From the NCBI GenBank assembly GCA_964016885.1, contig OZ024744.1, positions 92,194,001-92,258,000 on the forward strand: 64,000 nucleotides of DNA, given 5' to 3'. This document shows, piece after piece, positions 10,852 through 24,254 of the stretch. Source of the stretch: Eledone cirrhosa (Eukaryota). The translations under genes and the position numbers were made by a program. The notes under the pieces are model-generated. The model was given only the letters and a program-made list of their open reading frames with translations. It searched no databases and had not been told where the DNA came from. Numbering within the stretch: the stretch's first letter is position 1; every line of letters starts with the position of its first letter.

Positions 10852-13800
10852 TGTTTCTTTATTAGCCACAGGGGCACAAAAGAAGGGGACAAATACAAAG
10901 GGAAGTTTACATACAATAAAAACATGTAAAATACTATCACAAATACAATTTAAAATTAATCGATTTTCCCCAATAGGGGGAGACATTACATATGGGTAAC
11001 ACATACCCCCGAAAAAAATGTGCAACCCTCATCTCCAGGAGTACGAAGTGTGAGTACCCCCTTCCTCTTTTCCTCTTTTTCCTCAACCTATAGGCTGATA
11101 TAGAGAGAAGGCCCATTCCCTCAGGCCATTCTCGCCACTTTCACCCACCTTTCATAAAACTTGTTGGGGTACAGCATCTCTCTCTCCATCCTGATTCTTC
11201 TTCCAAAGTGGTATTTGAAAAAAAAAATCAGTTGTTGGGCGGAGAGAAAGGTGTCTGACTGACCTCAGCCCTTTTCACCTCGTCCACCATATAACCTCTT
11301 TCGCCATAGCTATCACACAAAGGAAAACCGCCTCTCCTTCGTTTTTGAAGAAGGGTGGCGGTTTGATCATGACAATGGACTCGGTGGTCAACCAGATTGG
11401 TCCCACCCGCGACAATAGTCATTCTACATAGCCCCACAGGTCGGTAACGCCCGGGCAGTGTACGAATGCGTGCGCAACGGTTTCTTCGTCACGCACGCAT
11501 CTCGGACAGATCTTTTTCAAAGGGTCCCTTCCCGAGCACCCATGTCTGTAGAGTTTGTCTAGAACTGGTAGAGCTCCTCGGTAGCACTGCCAGGCCAAGG
11601 ACTTTTGGAAGTTGTCCATCGGTCTCGGGCAGAAGGTCCTACCGAACAGACTGTTCAGTTCGTCTTCCTCTGCGCCTAGAGTTTCTCCGAGCGCGTCGTC
11701 GCACTTGCTGCGGACCAACCCTCTATAGAATGACGAAGTGGAGTCTCCACTGATCGCCGGGTCCACCTGCCAGACGGTTGTGAGCGCCTGAGCACATTCG
11801 ATGTGCCAGTCACCCATTTTCCTCGGTCTTTGCTTGACCAAGGACTGCAGCTCGGTCAGCGAGACGAGTCGTAGGAAGACTCGCCTCACGAACGGGGCCC
11901 ACACCGGTTGTCTGGTGAGGAATACGTGGAGGTGCCGCAGCCTGAGCACGTGTTTGCGCATCGTCAGCCACGGCAACCCCAGCCCTCCGTTTGAAGGGTG
12001 TTGGCAGCAGATAGATCTTCTCACCAAAGGAGCCCGTTTCTTCCAAAGGAATTGGAAGAGTGCGCACTCCATTTTGGTGAGAGTTTTGGCCGGACAAGAC
12101 ACGACGGTCAAGCGGTAGTAGATGACGGACGCTATAAAAGTGTTCGCCACCTCCGCTCGACCTTTCAAGGATAGTTTGCACTCGGCACACTTCTGGGTGA
12201 GCGCAAACACCTTGGTCGTCACCTCGTTCCAGTTCTTCTCAACCTGGAGGTCGGGGACCAAACCAGACTCCTTGCAGCTTTACCGGTCCTTCCGTCCAGC
12301 GTCCGACGACGCCGTCGGAAGGCATCGGTTTGCCTCTCCACGATCCGAGTTGCAAACCGACGGACTTGTCCTGGTTCAGCTTCGCTCCTGTGAACCTTTC
12401 GTATTCCTTCAGTAAGGTGCCAACTTCCTCGATTTGCGAGGTGCTCGACACCATTACTGTCACATCGCTTTCCGCAGTCCCGGTTCTAGAGGGATGGCCT
12501 GCAATAGCTCCAACTTCCGCAGTAGTGGCTCGAGAGTCAGTACGTACAGAAGGGAGGAGAGAGGGCATCTCTGTCAAATTGATCGCGTGATATGGAACGG
12601 CTCTGAGAGGTAGTCGTTCACCTTGACCCTTGAGCAGATGTTGCTGTTGTGCATTGCAGCAATCCAGCCCCTGAACACGGGTCCGAAGCCTGCCGCCTCG
12701 AGCACCGCATCCAGGTAACGATGGTCAACCCTATCGAAAGCCTTAGACTGATCCAAGTTGATCAGGGCCCCACCGAAACCGGATTTACACCCTACCCTCT
12801 CTATGATGTATCGCATGAGGTTGAGGTTGTCGTGTATGGACCATGTCTGCGCTTCTAACACCAGGTTTTCGACGACAAGCGCCAGCCTCTTTGCCAACAC
12901 CTTGGCCAAAATCTGTAACTCTGTGTTTAGCAGAGTTATGGGCCGGAAGTTGCCTATGTCATCCCCCTTGTTCTCGTCCCCCTGGCTTGTGTGACTACGC
13001 CCCTGGTCACAGAACTGGGAATTCTCCCGTTATGCTGCCAGTTACAGTAGACTGCTTCCAGAAGACGGGAGAACAAGTCCGGCATTGCTACGTAAAATTC
13101 GTAGGGTAGACCGTCGAGACCTGGAGATTTGCGTTTTCCGCATTGGCTCAGCGCGTCCTCTATCTCAGCGGCTGAAATCGGCTTTTCGCAGAACTTCGCC
13201 TCGCTGTCCAAGAGTCGCGGTAGGCCGTCGAGGTATGGACCGAAATCCATAGCCCCTCCAGGCGCGCGGCCCTGCCCGAACAGCTGAGAAAAGTGCCGCT
13301 GAAAGCCCGAGCACATCTGCTTCGGCTCACGTATCACGCGTCCGTCTAGGTCCTTCAAAGACCGAATCGTGGACTTGTTGCCACTTTTCTCCTCCGTCAC
13401 CCGGGCCCTCGTTACCCAGAGCACGTATTTTGCTTCTGACAACGCAGCCCTCGTGCTTTGTGTCGAAGCACTGGTCCAAGGCCGTTCTCGTTGCTGCACG
13501 CTGGCTACGTTGCCACTTCTAATTGCCTCTTCTACTTTATCTACCAGTTACTTCTCGGTCCTATTTCTATCTAACGCTAATTCTTTACTAAAAAATAACG
13601 AGTCCAATCTAACTGCCCACTTGCGAGAGCACCACCATCTGTTGTTGACAATGGCCCCTATCAAGTGCTGTTTAACTAAAGTGCTAATCCGTCTACTGTA
13701 GGCTTTGCATGTCGGTAACGACAAGTTCAGCTTCCAGTAGCCGGGTCCTTGTCTATGGGTTCTATCAAGGTTGACCATGCAGGTCACTAGTTTGTGATCT

Positions 13801-14291
13801 GAATAGGCAACCATGAACATTTGTGGACAGCTTAACATGTCCCTATCCTTATTTCTAACTAGAATCTAGGTACGATCTAGATGTTCCGCTGAGATTAGTC
13901 CACGTCCACAGTGGCACAGTCGGAAAATCTAGTCGATATCTATCGGCCAGGTCAAATCGGCCGATTAACTGTTTGAGGCTGTTACACCCCCCCTTTATCG
14001 GGACATACTCCCACATAGTCCCAACGTGCATCCAGTCCCCCACTAAAAGTAGGAGCGGGACGTTTCCAGAAAAGTCTCTAGACGTTTGAAGAAGTCTGGC
14101 CGCGGTGTCTCGGATGGGGCATATGCGTCCACCAGCCTGAAGGCTCCACCTTCACTACCGTCAACGTCTAGGACCACCAGTCGACCCTCCGGGTCCAGAT
14201 GTACCGTCTGTGTTACGAGGACCAGGTGTTTCCTCAGCAAAACAGCAACCCCGCCCCCACCTCCCGGCTGACATAGCGATGCGTAGATCTC
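10852..14291 (-). mobile_element. Tx1/L1-clade LINE copy A (decayed ORF2: APE, RT, C-terminal CCHC)
   Basis: GGGVAVLL..DPEGRLV..YAP, SDHKLV..GPGYWKLN, KSPGLDGLPYEFY, LDQSKAFDRVDH, LSLKGRAEV, CPRC..ETVAHAFVHCP. The 3' AATAAA abuts (TC)n. Confidence 0.93.
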
Positions 14292-14310
14292 ATAGATAGA
14301 TAGATAGATA

Positions 14311-17300
14311 TCTTTCTTTATTTGCCACAGGGGCGTAGAAAAATGGGACATTACAAGACGTGACGGCGGGGGTTTTACATAACAATAACTTTAACATTAA
14401 TAAATAACAATACACTATATATAATAAAATAGCAATTGAAATCCCCAGTAGGGGGAACGTTACTGCAGGGTTGTATTACACCCCGTGGATAGAACAACCC
14501 TCAACACCAGGAACACGTTTTGTAGGTGTTCCTATCTTCCCTCTGTTTATCTTCCTCAACCTACAGGTTTATATACAGAGAAGGCCCATTCACTCGGGCC
14601 ATTTTTTCCACATTCACCCACCTTTCAGCGAATTTACTGGCGTGTAGCACCTCTCTCTCCACTCTCACCTTCCTTCTGAAGTGATACTTAAAGAAGGAGA
14701 TAAGTTGCTGTCCGGAGAGAAAGGTGTTTGCCCTCAGTCCTTTTAACCTCGTCCACCATATTACCCCTTTCGCCATAGCCACCAGACAGAGGAAAACCGC
14801 CTCTCCTTCGTTCTTAAATGAAGGCGGCGGGGTGATCCTCACGATGGACTCGGCTGACAACTGGATGCGTCCCACACGTGACAGCAGCTGTTCAACATAA
14901 TTCCACAGGTCGGTCAACTCTGGGCACTGAACAATTGCGTGCAGAACGGTTTCGATGTTTTGCTCACATCTTGGACAGGTCCTTTTGGCAGGATCTCTGC
15001 CAGTGCGTCCGTGCCTGTAGATTTTGTCTCGAACTGGTGGAGCTCCTCGGTAGCACTGCCAGGCCAGAGACCTCTGGAAGTTATCCATAGGCCCTGGACA
15101 GAAAGTCCCCCCGAACAGACTTGTCAGTTCGTCCTCCTCGATGCCTAGAGTTTCCCCGAGAACGTCGTCGCACTTATCCTCCACTATTCCCCTATAGAAT
15201 GTCGAAGTGGAGTCTCTGCTGATTGTCGTTTCCGCTTAGTAGAGGGCTGTGAGAGTCTGTAGGCACCCATTTTCGGTCTTCGCTTGACCCAGGACTGCAG
15301 CTCTGTTAGTGAGACGAGTTGTGGAAGAGCTTGTCTCACAAACGACAGCCACACCGGTTCACCGGTCAGGAATACCTGGAGATGGCGTAGCATCACCAGC
15401 CACGGCATGCCCAGCCCTCCGTTAGAAGGGTGTTGACAGCAAATGGATCTCCTCACCAATGGAGCCTGTTTCTTCCAGAGGAACTTGAAGAGTAGGCGTT
15501 CCATTTTGGTAAGGTATTCGCGGGGGTAAGGCACGACTGTCAAGCGGTAGTTGATGTCGGACGCTATGTAAGTGTTCGTCACCTCCGCTCAACCTTTCAA
15601 GGAGAGTTTGCACTCAGCCCACTTCTGGGTGAGTGCAAACACCTTCGCCGTGACCTCGTTCCAGTTCTTGTCCTCCTGGAGGTCTGGACCGAACCAGACC
15701 CCGAGCAATTTCACCGGTCCTTCCGTCCAGCGTCCAACGACACTGTCGGAAGGCATGGTTTAGCCTCTCCATGTGCCGAGTTGCAAACCAACAGACTTGT
15801 TTGGGTTTAGTCTTGCTCCTGTCAACGTTTCGTATTCCTGTAATAGGTTGCCGATTACCCGGATTTCCGAGGTTTTCGACACCATTACGGTTATGTTGTC
15901 GGCATAGGTCGACGCTGCTTTCCGCAGTCTTGGTTCGATCGGGATGCCCTGCAACAGCTCCAATTTCCGCAGCAACGACTCGAGAGTCAGTACATACAGA
16001 ATGGAGGAGAGGGCATCCCTGACGGATGGAACGCATGATTTGGAATGGCTCTGAAAGGTAGCCATTCACCTTGACTGCCGAGCAGATGCTGGTGTGCTTG
16101 GCAGCGATCCAGCCTCTGAAGACGGCACCGAAGCCGGCCGCTTTGAGAACTGCTTCCAAGTATTGATGGTCGACCCTATCAAATGCCTTAGACTGATCTA
16201 AATTGATCAGAGCCACACCAAAGCCAGGTTTACACCCTACCCTCTCTATGATTTATCGCATGAGGTGGAGGTTGTCGTGTATGGACCTGGTCGGGATTGC
16301 ACATGTTTGGGCTTCCCCTACTAGGTTCTCGACGACAAGCGCCAGCCTTGCTGCTAACACCTTGGCCAAAATCTTTAACTCTGTGTTAAGCAGAGTTATG
16401 GGCCTGAAATTGCTTATCTCATCCCCCTTGTTCTCATCTTTCCTGATCAGCGTTATTACGCCTCTGCCTACAGAACTGGGAATCCTCCCGTTCTGCTGCC
16501 AGTTGCAGTAGACCGCTTCGAGGACGCCAGAGAACAAGTCTAGTATGTAAAACTCATAGGGTTACCATCTAAACAGGGTGATTTGCGTTTCCCGCAGCGG
16601 CCTAGGGCATCTTCTATTTCGCCCGCTGTGATCGGCCTTTCGCAGCTCTCCGCATCCGTGCTCGAGAGTCGCGGTACGCCGCCGAGGTAGGAGCTGAAGT
16701 CCATCACCTCGCTCGATGTACCGCTTTTCCCGAACAGTTGTGCAAAATGCTGCTGGAAGGCCGCACACATCTGCTTGAATTCAAGTATAATGCGTCAATC
16801 TTTGTCTTGCAAAGACCGAATTGTGGATTTGTTGCCACTTTTCGCCTCTGTCACTCGGGCCCAGCTAACAGCTTTGGCTCCCTCGTTTCTTAGAGCACGT
16901 GTTCTACTTCTGACAATACAACCTTCGTGTTTCACGTTGAAGAACTGGTCTAGTGCCGTTCTCGCCGCTAGCACGCCAGCTTTACTGCCATTCCTAAGTG
17001 CCTCTTCTATTTTAGCTACCAGTTCCTTTTCAGTTTTGTTTTTTTCTAAAGCTACTTCCTTGCTAAATGCTATCGATTCTATTCTAATTGTTCTCTTGAG
17101 AGAGCTCCACCACCTGTTGTTGACGATCGCCCCCGTCAACTGGCCCTTAACTAAGGTGCTAATCTGTTTATTGTAGGCCTTACGCGCCGGGAGTGACATC
17201 TTTAGCTTCCAGTATCCGGGTCCCTGTCTATGTGTTCTATCAAGGTTGACTACGCAGGTGACTAATTTGTGGTCTGAATAGGCAACCATGTTCATTTGTG

Positions 17301-17543
17301 GACAGCTTAATGTATCCTTATCATTCTGTCTAATTAAAAATCAATCTAAATACGATCTAGAAGACCCAGTGCGGTTGCTCCACGTCCACAGTGGTGCACT
17401 TGGGAAGTCTAGTCGATATCTATCAGCCAGTTGGAATTGGCTAATGAGATTGTTGAGGCTATTACACCCCCCCCCCTCTATTATCACAACCTCCTACATA
17501 GTCCCAACGTGCGTCTAAGATGCCATTCCAGTCCCCCGCTAAC
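14311..17543 (-). mobile_element. Tx1/L1-clade LINE copy B, tandem with copy A
   Basis: Same domain order (SDHKLV, NFRPITLLN, DQSKAFDRV, RQGCPL, YADN, CPRC..HAIVQCP). The 3' end CCCCTGTGGCAAATAAAGAA abuts (TATC)n. Confidence 0.93.
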
Positions 17544-17844
17544 ATAGATAGATATGTTCATATACATATATATGAGGGTCAGCTTAAAAGTTCATAGGCT
17601 GACCAAGATACTCTCATGGAATGACAAAATGAGGTTTATTTTTCAACATAGTCCCTGGAAAGAAACAATGTAGTTATTAATAAGAAGAGTTGAAATTAAT
17701 GTATGCAAGATTGCACAGCTCTAGCATCACTCCTTCAGCCTACCCTTGTATATTATTAAATAGAAGGAAATGGAATGGAAATTTCAATAATTTGTGTTCT
17801 TATCTAGTTGTTTAATCAACAGAACAGTTTGCTCATGAAATTTA

Positions 17845-18055
17845 CATGAAAGTGGCTGAGTACTCCACAGACATGTATACCTTAACACAATTCTCAGGGA
17901 GATTCAGCATAACACAGTGTGTGACATAGTTGATCCTTTGAATCCCGGAAACAGTTAATGTTGTATTTTAATGTAAGTGGCTGAGTATTCCACAGACATA
18001 TGTGCCTTTAATGTATCTCTGACTGTGACAGAGGAATAGCTCTTTGAATTACAGA
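17845..18055. repeat. Two tandem partial copies of an interspersed repeat
   Basis: AAGTGGCTGAGTA(C/T)TCCACAGACAT at ~17850 and ~17975. Confidence 0.6.
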
Positions 18056-18442
18056 TCAGCTGAAAAGTTCATATGCTGACTATGAAGGAGTGATGCTAGA
18101 GCTGCGAAATATTGCATGCATTAATTACATTTTGAAATGTTGATTTGGGACATGGTGCACAAAAGATTGGGGACCACTGATTTAGACTAACAAATACATA
18201 CACACATTGTGTGACGGACAGACGGAAGTCGCTCAAATTTATATATAGATGATTCTTTCCTCCTCCTCATATGCCATGACGTGGGATTGTAATCGGGACC
18301 TTGCAATTACAACAAAACAAACATCATATCCATTCAACTATGATGTTATCTACAAATTAAATTATTGTGCCAAATTAATAAGTAATAATATTTTTTTTTG
18401 TTTGATTTTCTCCTCGATTTTGTAATTTTATAGACTTATATA

Positions 18443-18473
<31 letters not shown>

Positions 18474-18488
18474 ATATATTCATTCCAT

Positions 18489-18593
<105 letters not shown>

Positions 18594-18672
18594 GAATGAA
18601 TATATATATATATGTATATATATGTATATGCATATATAAGTCTATATATATGTGTGCGTGTGTGTGTGAATA

Positions 18673-18741
<69 letters not shown>

Positions 18742-18748
18742 ATATATA

Positions 18749-19087
18749 CTTCAATTTATTATAATAAATTTATAAATTTAAGAATTTATAAATTTCCGGT
18801 TGGTTAGTTGGTTCCACAACCAGATGGTTGTTTATATATCTCCTTTGTTCTGTCCTACGCCATTTTGTTTCTGTGTGTGCGTAGGACAGAACAAAGGAGA
18901 GGCACGAAAACAAAGAAAAGAATCCCCAGTCACTGAAGAGGTCACAGAATGTGTAACGAAAGAACTTTGACAATATATAAACAACCATGTGGTTGTGGAA
19001 CCAACTAACCAACCGAAAATTTATAAATTCCTAAATTTATAAATTTATTATAATAAATTGAAGTGAAAGCAACTGGTGCGTGTGTTT

Positions 19088-19090
<3 letters not shown>
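18749..19090 (+). mobile_element. Hammerhead mini-element with 5' inverted duplication
   Basis: 18749-18839 is the reverse complement of 18973-19063. A 21-bp perfect stem spans 18840-18899. Hammerhead at 18929. TA flanks. Confidence 0.7.
18929..18971 (+). ncRNA. Minimal type I hammerhead ribozyme, slightly degenerate
   Basis: GTCA-CTGAAGA-GgtCACA(gaa)TGTGtaaC-GAAA-GaaCTT^TGAC. Stem I is 4 bp, stem II is imperfect, triplet CUU. Confidence 0.65.
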
Positions 19091-19132
<42 letters not shown>

Positions 19133-19136
<4 letters not shown>

Positions 19137-19930
19137 ATTTACATATACATAAAGTCACAGATATATATGTGGCAACCGGTCACGTTGTGTCTCAATGAAG
19201 AATTAATAAATTAAATAACAGAGCAATATATCATAAATCATGTCCTTAGAATTATTAGATAAAATATATACCATTTCCTCTCCCAATTAGCATATTTAAC
19301 CATATAAAAAATCAATTAGACCAGGCTATAAGAATAAAGGCTCCTATGAAGAAATATTTGATAAATAACCGAAAGCGGCCTCTTCGCGGTTGACCCCAAT
19401 AGAGTATTTACCCAACATTTCAACAGCATGTAGAAACTGACTAAATATACCGTCAACCATACACAATTAGGTGTAAATTTAAACTTAGAAGAAACGTGTA
19501 CATACCGTAATTACATCTCTACCATGGTTTCGTCCGTATTTTTAGATATCCTATTGTTAAGGATAAACCTAGAGTAACAGACTCATCAGGAGACAAACTC
19601 AGTTGGACAGTTAATTTTTCCAAAGCGATCGCGCCAAAAATAGATTCAAAGATGGCTAAGAATTGTGATGTGGCAGTGGTTAAGTTAGAAAGAATGTGTT
19701 TAGTTGCTTACGGCGGGTAGGCTGGTTGCTAGAAAGCGCAGCCCAATATCGCCCAATTGCATCTCAACCCAACGGGAGATTATTAACGCTTTCGGTTATT
19801 TATCAAATATTTCTTCATAGGAGCCTTTATTCTTATAGCCTGGCCTAATTGATTTTTTATATGGTTAATTATGCTAATTTGGAGAGGAAATGGTATATAT
19901 TTTATCTAATAATTCTAAGGAAATGATTTA
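19133..19930 (-). mobile_element. Hammerhead mini-element with 5' inverted duplication
   Basis: 19787-19920 is the reverse complement of ~19244-19377. Hammerhead at 19514-19595 (-). TA flanks. Confidence 0.72.
19514..19595 (-). ncRNA. Type I hammerhead ribozyme with extended stem II
   Basis: Minus strand: TGTCTC-CTGATGA-GTC[...TATCCT/AGGATA...]GAC-GAAA-CCATGGTA^GAGATG. Stem III is palindromic (ACCATGGT), triplet GUA. Confidence 0.85.
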
Positions 19931-20564
19931 TGATATATATATATATATATATATACATATACACACACACACATATATATATATATATACAGTACACACA
20001 CATATACATATATGTATACACACACACATATATACATACTCATATATACAGGACACACGCATATGTATATATACACACACACACACACATATATATATAT
20101 ACACACACACACAGTCATATATTTTCACAGACGTATATACACACGCACATATATACACACATATATATACACAGACACATATATATATACACACACACAT
20201 ATCTATACACATACATATATATATATATACACACACTATATATACTCACACACATGTATATACACATACACACATATATATATATATAGATAGACATATA
20301 TACACACACACATATATACACACAGACATATAGACAAGCATATTATGGTGAATCTTCTATTTCTAAACTCCACTCTCAGCATTCCAAACACTTCCTTTTT
20401 TATTTTCATAACATTTAAGTTTATTACTAGCAGAATGACCCGGTGTTGCTCGGGATTTACTCTGGGGGTTCTTGTATATTTGATATGTTTTTGTCCTTGT
20501 CGAGCCTCGTGAAGTAGATACGTTTGTTTTTTGGTACCACAACATCCAGTCCAAATAAATGAGA

Positions 20565-20755
20565 TAATTGTTTCTACTTTAGGCACAAGGCCATCAATTA
20601 CCCAGTGCATTACTGGTACTTTATTTTATCGACCCCGTAAGGATGAAAGGCAAAGTAAAGTAAACCTCGGCGGGATTTGAACTCAGATCGTAAAGGGACG
20701 TAACTATGCTGGAAAGCATGGCGTCCGACCCTCTACCGATACTGCCAATCCAAAT
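20565..20755 (-). mobile_element. tRNA-derived SINE (same family as 2470-3545)
   Basis: Full-length match to the cluster consensus. Confidence 0.85.
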
Positions 20756-20829
20756 AAATGAGATAATGAGATCGAGATCGTGTAGGTGTCATGACAAACA
20801 AAAAACACAGTCAACGCTGTAATGTGGTC

Positions 20830-21036
20830 ATGTAGGTAACACGGCAAAAAGTTCCCAGTCCACACTGTAAACATAGTTGGTGTGAGGAATGGCACCCAGC
20901 TGTAGAAAACCTGCCAGATAGTCCTATATGAGCGAGACACGGTCACCCGACTAACCTTGCCTCAAGTGGGACAACTCCCGTCAAACCCATGCTAGCGTGG
21001 AAGATGGACGTTAAACGAAGATGATGATGATGATGA
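20830..21036 (+). mobile_element. SINE 3' part with RTE-like tail (homolog of 7050-7340)
   Basis: CACACTGTAAA..GGAATGGCACCCAGCTGTAGAAA..CCCATGCTAGCGTGGAAGATGGACGTTAAACG(ATG)n. Confidence 0.7.
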
Positions 21037-21066
21037 TATGTATAGATATATGTATATATACGTGTG

Positions 21067-21164
<98 letters not shown>

Positions 21165-21166
21165 CG

Positions 21167-21211
<45 letters not shown>

Positions 21212-21276
21212 ATATATATATGTATATATACATATTTATATATACGTATGTATGTATACATATATATACATATATA

Positions 21277-21337
<61 letters not shown>

Positions 21338-21345
21338 ATGTATAC

Positions 21346-22112
21346 ATACATATATGTATACGGACGTACAGTAGTATGTATATATATACATACATGCACA
21401 CATATATATATATGCACGTATCGGTTTACCGATCATTTATTATAATGCTCGGTTTGTTTGTTTGTAAACAAGCAGCTCGAATTACGCCGTAGCATTATAA
21501 TAAATGTTCGGTAAACCGATACGTGCATATATATATGTATGCATGTATGTATATATATACATACTACTGTACGTCTGTATACATATATGTATGTACGTAT
21601 ACATACATACGTACATTTAAGTAAGTGCCGTACTAAGAGTGAGAAATGAAATTTCGTTTCATTCTATTCCATTTATCGTTTTCGGTGTGCCCGGCCGACT
21701 GAACTCACTCGATATGCAAATTAGGCTGCTCAGCCGTTAATATGCATAAGGAATGTATATACTTTCAGACGTTCAACCATCTGACAGGAAGGTATACGAT
21801 GCTGACGATAGCTAATAAGCTTGAAATTAGTACATCGTTCCTGTGTCATTGTTGAACAAAAAGGTGACGTGGTTGCATAAACACTGTACGGCGTAATTCG
21901 GGCTGTTTGTTTGTTTACAAACAAACCGAGCATTATAATAATTGTTCGGTAAACCGATACGTGCATATATATATGTGTGCATGTATGTATATATATATAC
22001 ATACTACTGTACGTTTGTATACATATATGTACATACATATATACATACATACTTACATTTAAGTAAGTGCCGTAGTAAGAGTGAGAAATGAAATTTCGTT
22101 TCATTCTATTCC
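21346..22112 (+). mobile_element. Retrozyme-like/mini-PLE: 438-nt unit in ~1.4 tandem copies plus 5' inversion
   Basis: Direct repeat 21491-21672 = 21929-22112 (period 438). 21346-21490 is an inverted copy of ~21887-22035. One hammerhead lies in the unit. Confidence 0.8.
21796..21838 (+). ncRNA. Minimal type I hammerhead ribozyme
   Basis: ACGATG-CTGACGA-tAGCT(aata)AGCTt-GAAA-TTAGTA^CATCGT. Stem I is a perfect 6 bp, triplet GUA. Confidence 0.85.
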
Positions 22113-22473
22113 ATATATATGTATATATGTTGTTGTTGTTTTCTATCCGGAGCTCATAAATATGTAATATGTTGGTCAAGCAATGGTAATGATTTCATAT
22201 TTTGGCTCAAGGCCATGATGAATTTTGGCAGAGAGAGAGAGGGTGGGGGAGAAACAGAGGGGGACAGAAAAACATAGAGAAAAGAGAGAAATAAAGAAAA
22301 AGAAAGGAAGAATGAAAAAGAAAGAGAGAAACTATAAATCAGTATTTGATTGGTGTTTTTTGTTTTTATGTGTGTGTGTGTGTATATATATGTATATATG
22401 TATATATATAGAGAGATTTCTATTATTATATATATACGGATTGGCGTGGAGGTGAACATATATATATATATAT

Positions 22474-22729
22474 AACGAAGGAAATGTGGTAAGGAACCAG
22501 ATGGACTATAACACACCAAAGTACTCCTTATTTATAGTAGATGTACGTGAGTATATGTAAACAAATCGAAATCGATCCGCTGGTTATGTAACAAGTATAA
22601 ATGAACGACGAAGCATTGTAGACAAGGCATCTTATGTTGTTTATTACATAACTAATAAGCTCTGTAGCCTACATAGAGCACTCTTTTTTCCTGTACCTTT
22701 ACGACGGAATTACTTCACATATAAGTACT

Positions 22730-22822
<93 letters not shown>

Positions 22823-23026
22823 CAAAGGAATTGTGGTAAGGAACCAAATGGACCATGACGCACCAGAGTACTCAATACTTAGGGTAGTAGAGTGGGTAGT
22901 AGAGCTCAAGCCGTTTCGACGGCTATTTCCAGAAATAGCCGGCGAAACGGCTTGCGCTCTGCCGTCGGAGTCATACTTTTTCCTATATATATATACACAC
23001 ATATATATATACACGTATATATATAT

Positions 23027-23067
<41 letters not shown>

Positions 23068-23122
23068 TATATGTATATATACACATATATATACACACAC
23101 ACATATATATATATACATATAT

Positions 23123-23163
<41 letters not shown>

Positions 23164-23236
23164 TATACACACACACATATATATATATATACATACACAC
23201 ATATATATATATATATGCATATATATACATACACAC

Positions 23237-23297
<61 letters not shown>

Positions 23298-23338
23298 CAC
23301 ACATATATATATATATATACATATATATACATACACAC

Positions 23339-23422
<84 letters not shown>

Positions 23423-23609
23423 CGAAGGAAATGTGGTAAGGAACCAGGTGGACCATAACGCACCAAAGTACTCAATACTTAGGGTAGTAGAGTGGGTAAT
23501 AGGAACGAGTAGGACCCCGACGGCTGAGCTCAAGCCGTTTCGACGGCTAATTCAGAATTAGCCGTCGAAATGGCTTGAGCTCAGCCGTCGGGGTCCTACT
23601 CGTTCCTAT
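22474..23609 (-). mobile_element. Three copies (22474-22733, 22821-22985, 23421-23609) of a short (TA)n-inserted family with a fixed end
   Basis: All begin with AACGAAGGAAATGTGGTAAGGAACCA (or a close variant) directly after (TA)n. Two end in long fold-back hairpins containing GAAAC..GTC half-hammerheads. Confidence 0.75.
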
Positions 23610-24039
23610 ATATATATATATATATTGTTGATCTCTTAAGGATGAAAGGATGATTTGACCTCTGCATATTTTCAAATGAAATATAGATTGAGAACAGAGA
23701 CAATGGCTGAGCTAAAGATGGCTTAGTGGATGGGGGTTTTGTTGTTGTTTGTTGTTGTTTCTCTGGGGCGGAGGTGAGGGGTAGGGGGTTATAGCATGGC
23801 TAGGCTAATGATTTTGTTGTTTACATCAACACCACCACCACCATCATAATAATGGATAAAATGGAGAAGGAAGGGGAGGAGGGGATGATGAGAAGTAGGA
23901 GGAGGAAAGGAAGAAGGAAAAGGAAGAAGAAAGAGAAGAAAAAGAAAAAGAAAAAGAAAAAGAAAAAGAAAAAGAAAAAGAAAGTTAAGAAGAAGACGAA
24001 GAATAAGTGTAGGAGGAGAGGGGGGGGGAGAAAATAATA

Positions 24040-24245
24040 TTAATAATTGTTTCTACTTTAGGCACAAGGCCAGCAATTTGAGGGGAGTGAGGGGTAAATG
24101 AAACGCAGTACATTACTGGTATTTTATTTTAACAACCCCGTAAGGATTAAAGGCAGAGTTAACCTCAGCGGGATTTGAACACAGAACGTAAAGGGCCGTA
24201 ACTCTTTGCTGCAAAGGATGGTGTCTGACCCTCTACCGATACTGA
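24040..24245 (-). mobile_element. tRNA-derived SINE (same family)
   Basis: TTGTTTCTACTTTAGGCACAAGGCC...GGGATTTGAACACAGAACG...CCCTCTACCGATACTG. Confidence 0.85.
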
Positions 24246-24254
24246 ATAATAATT

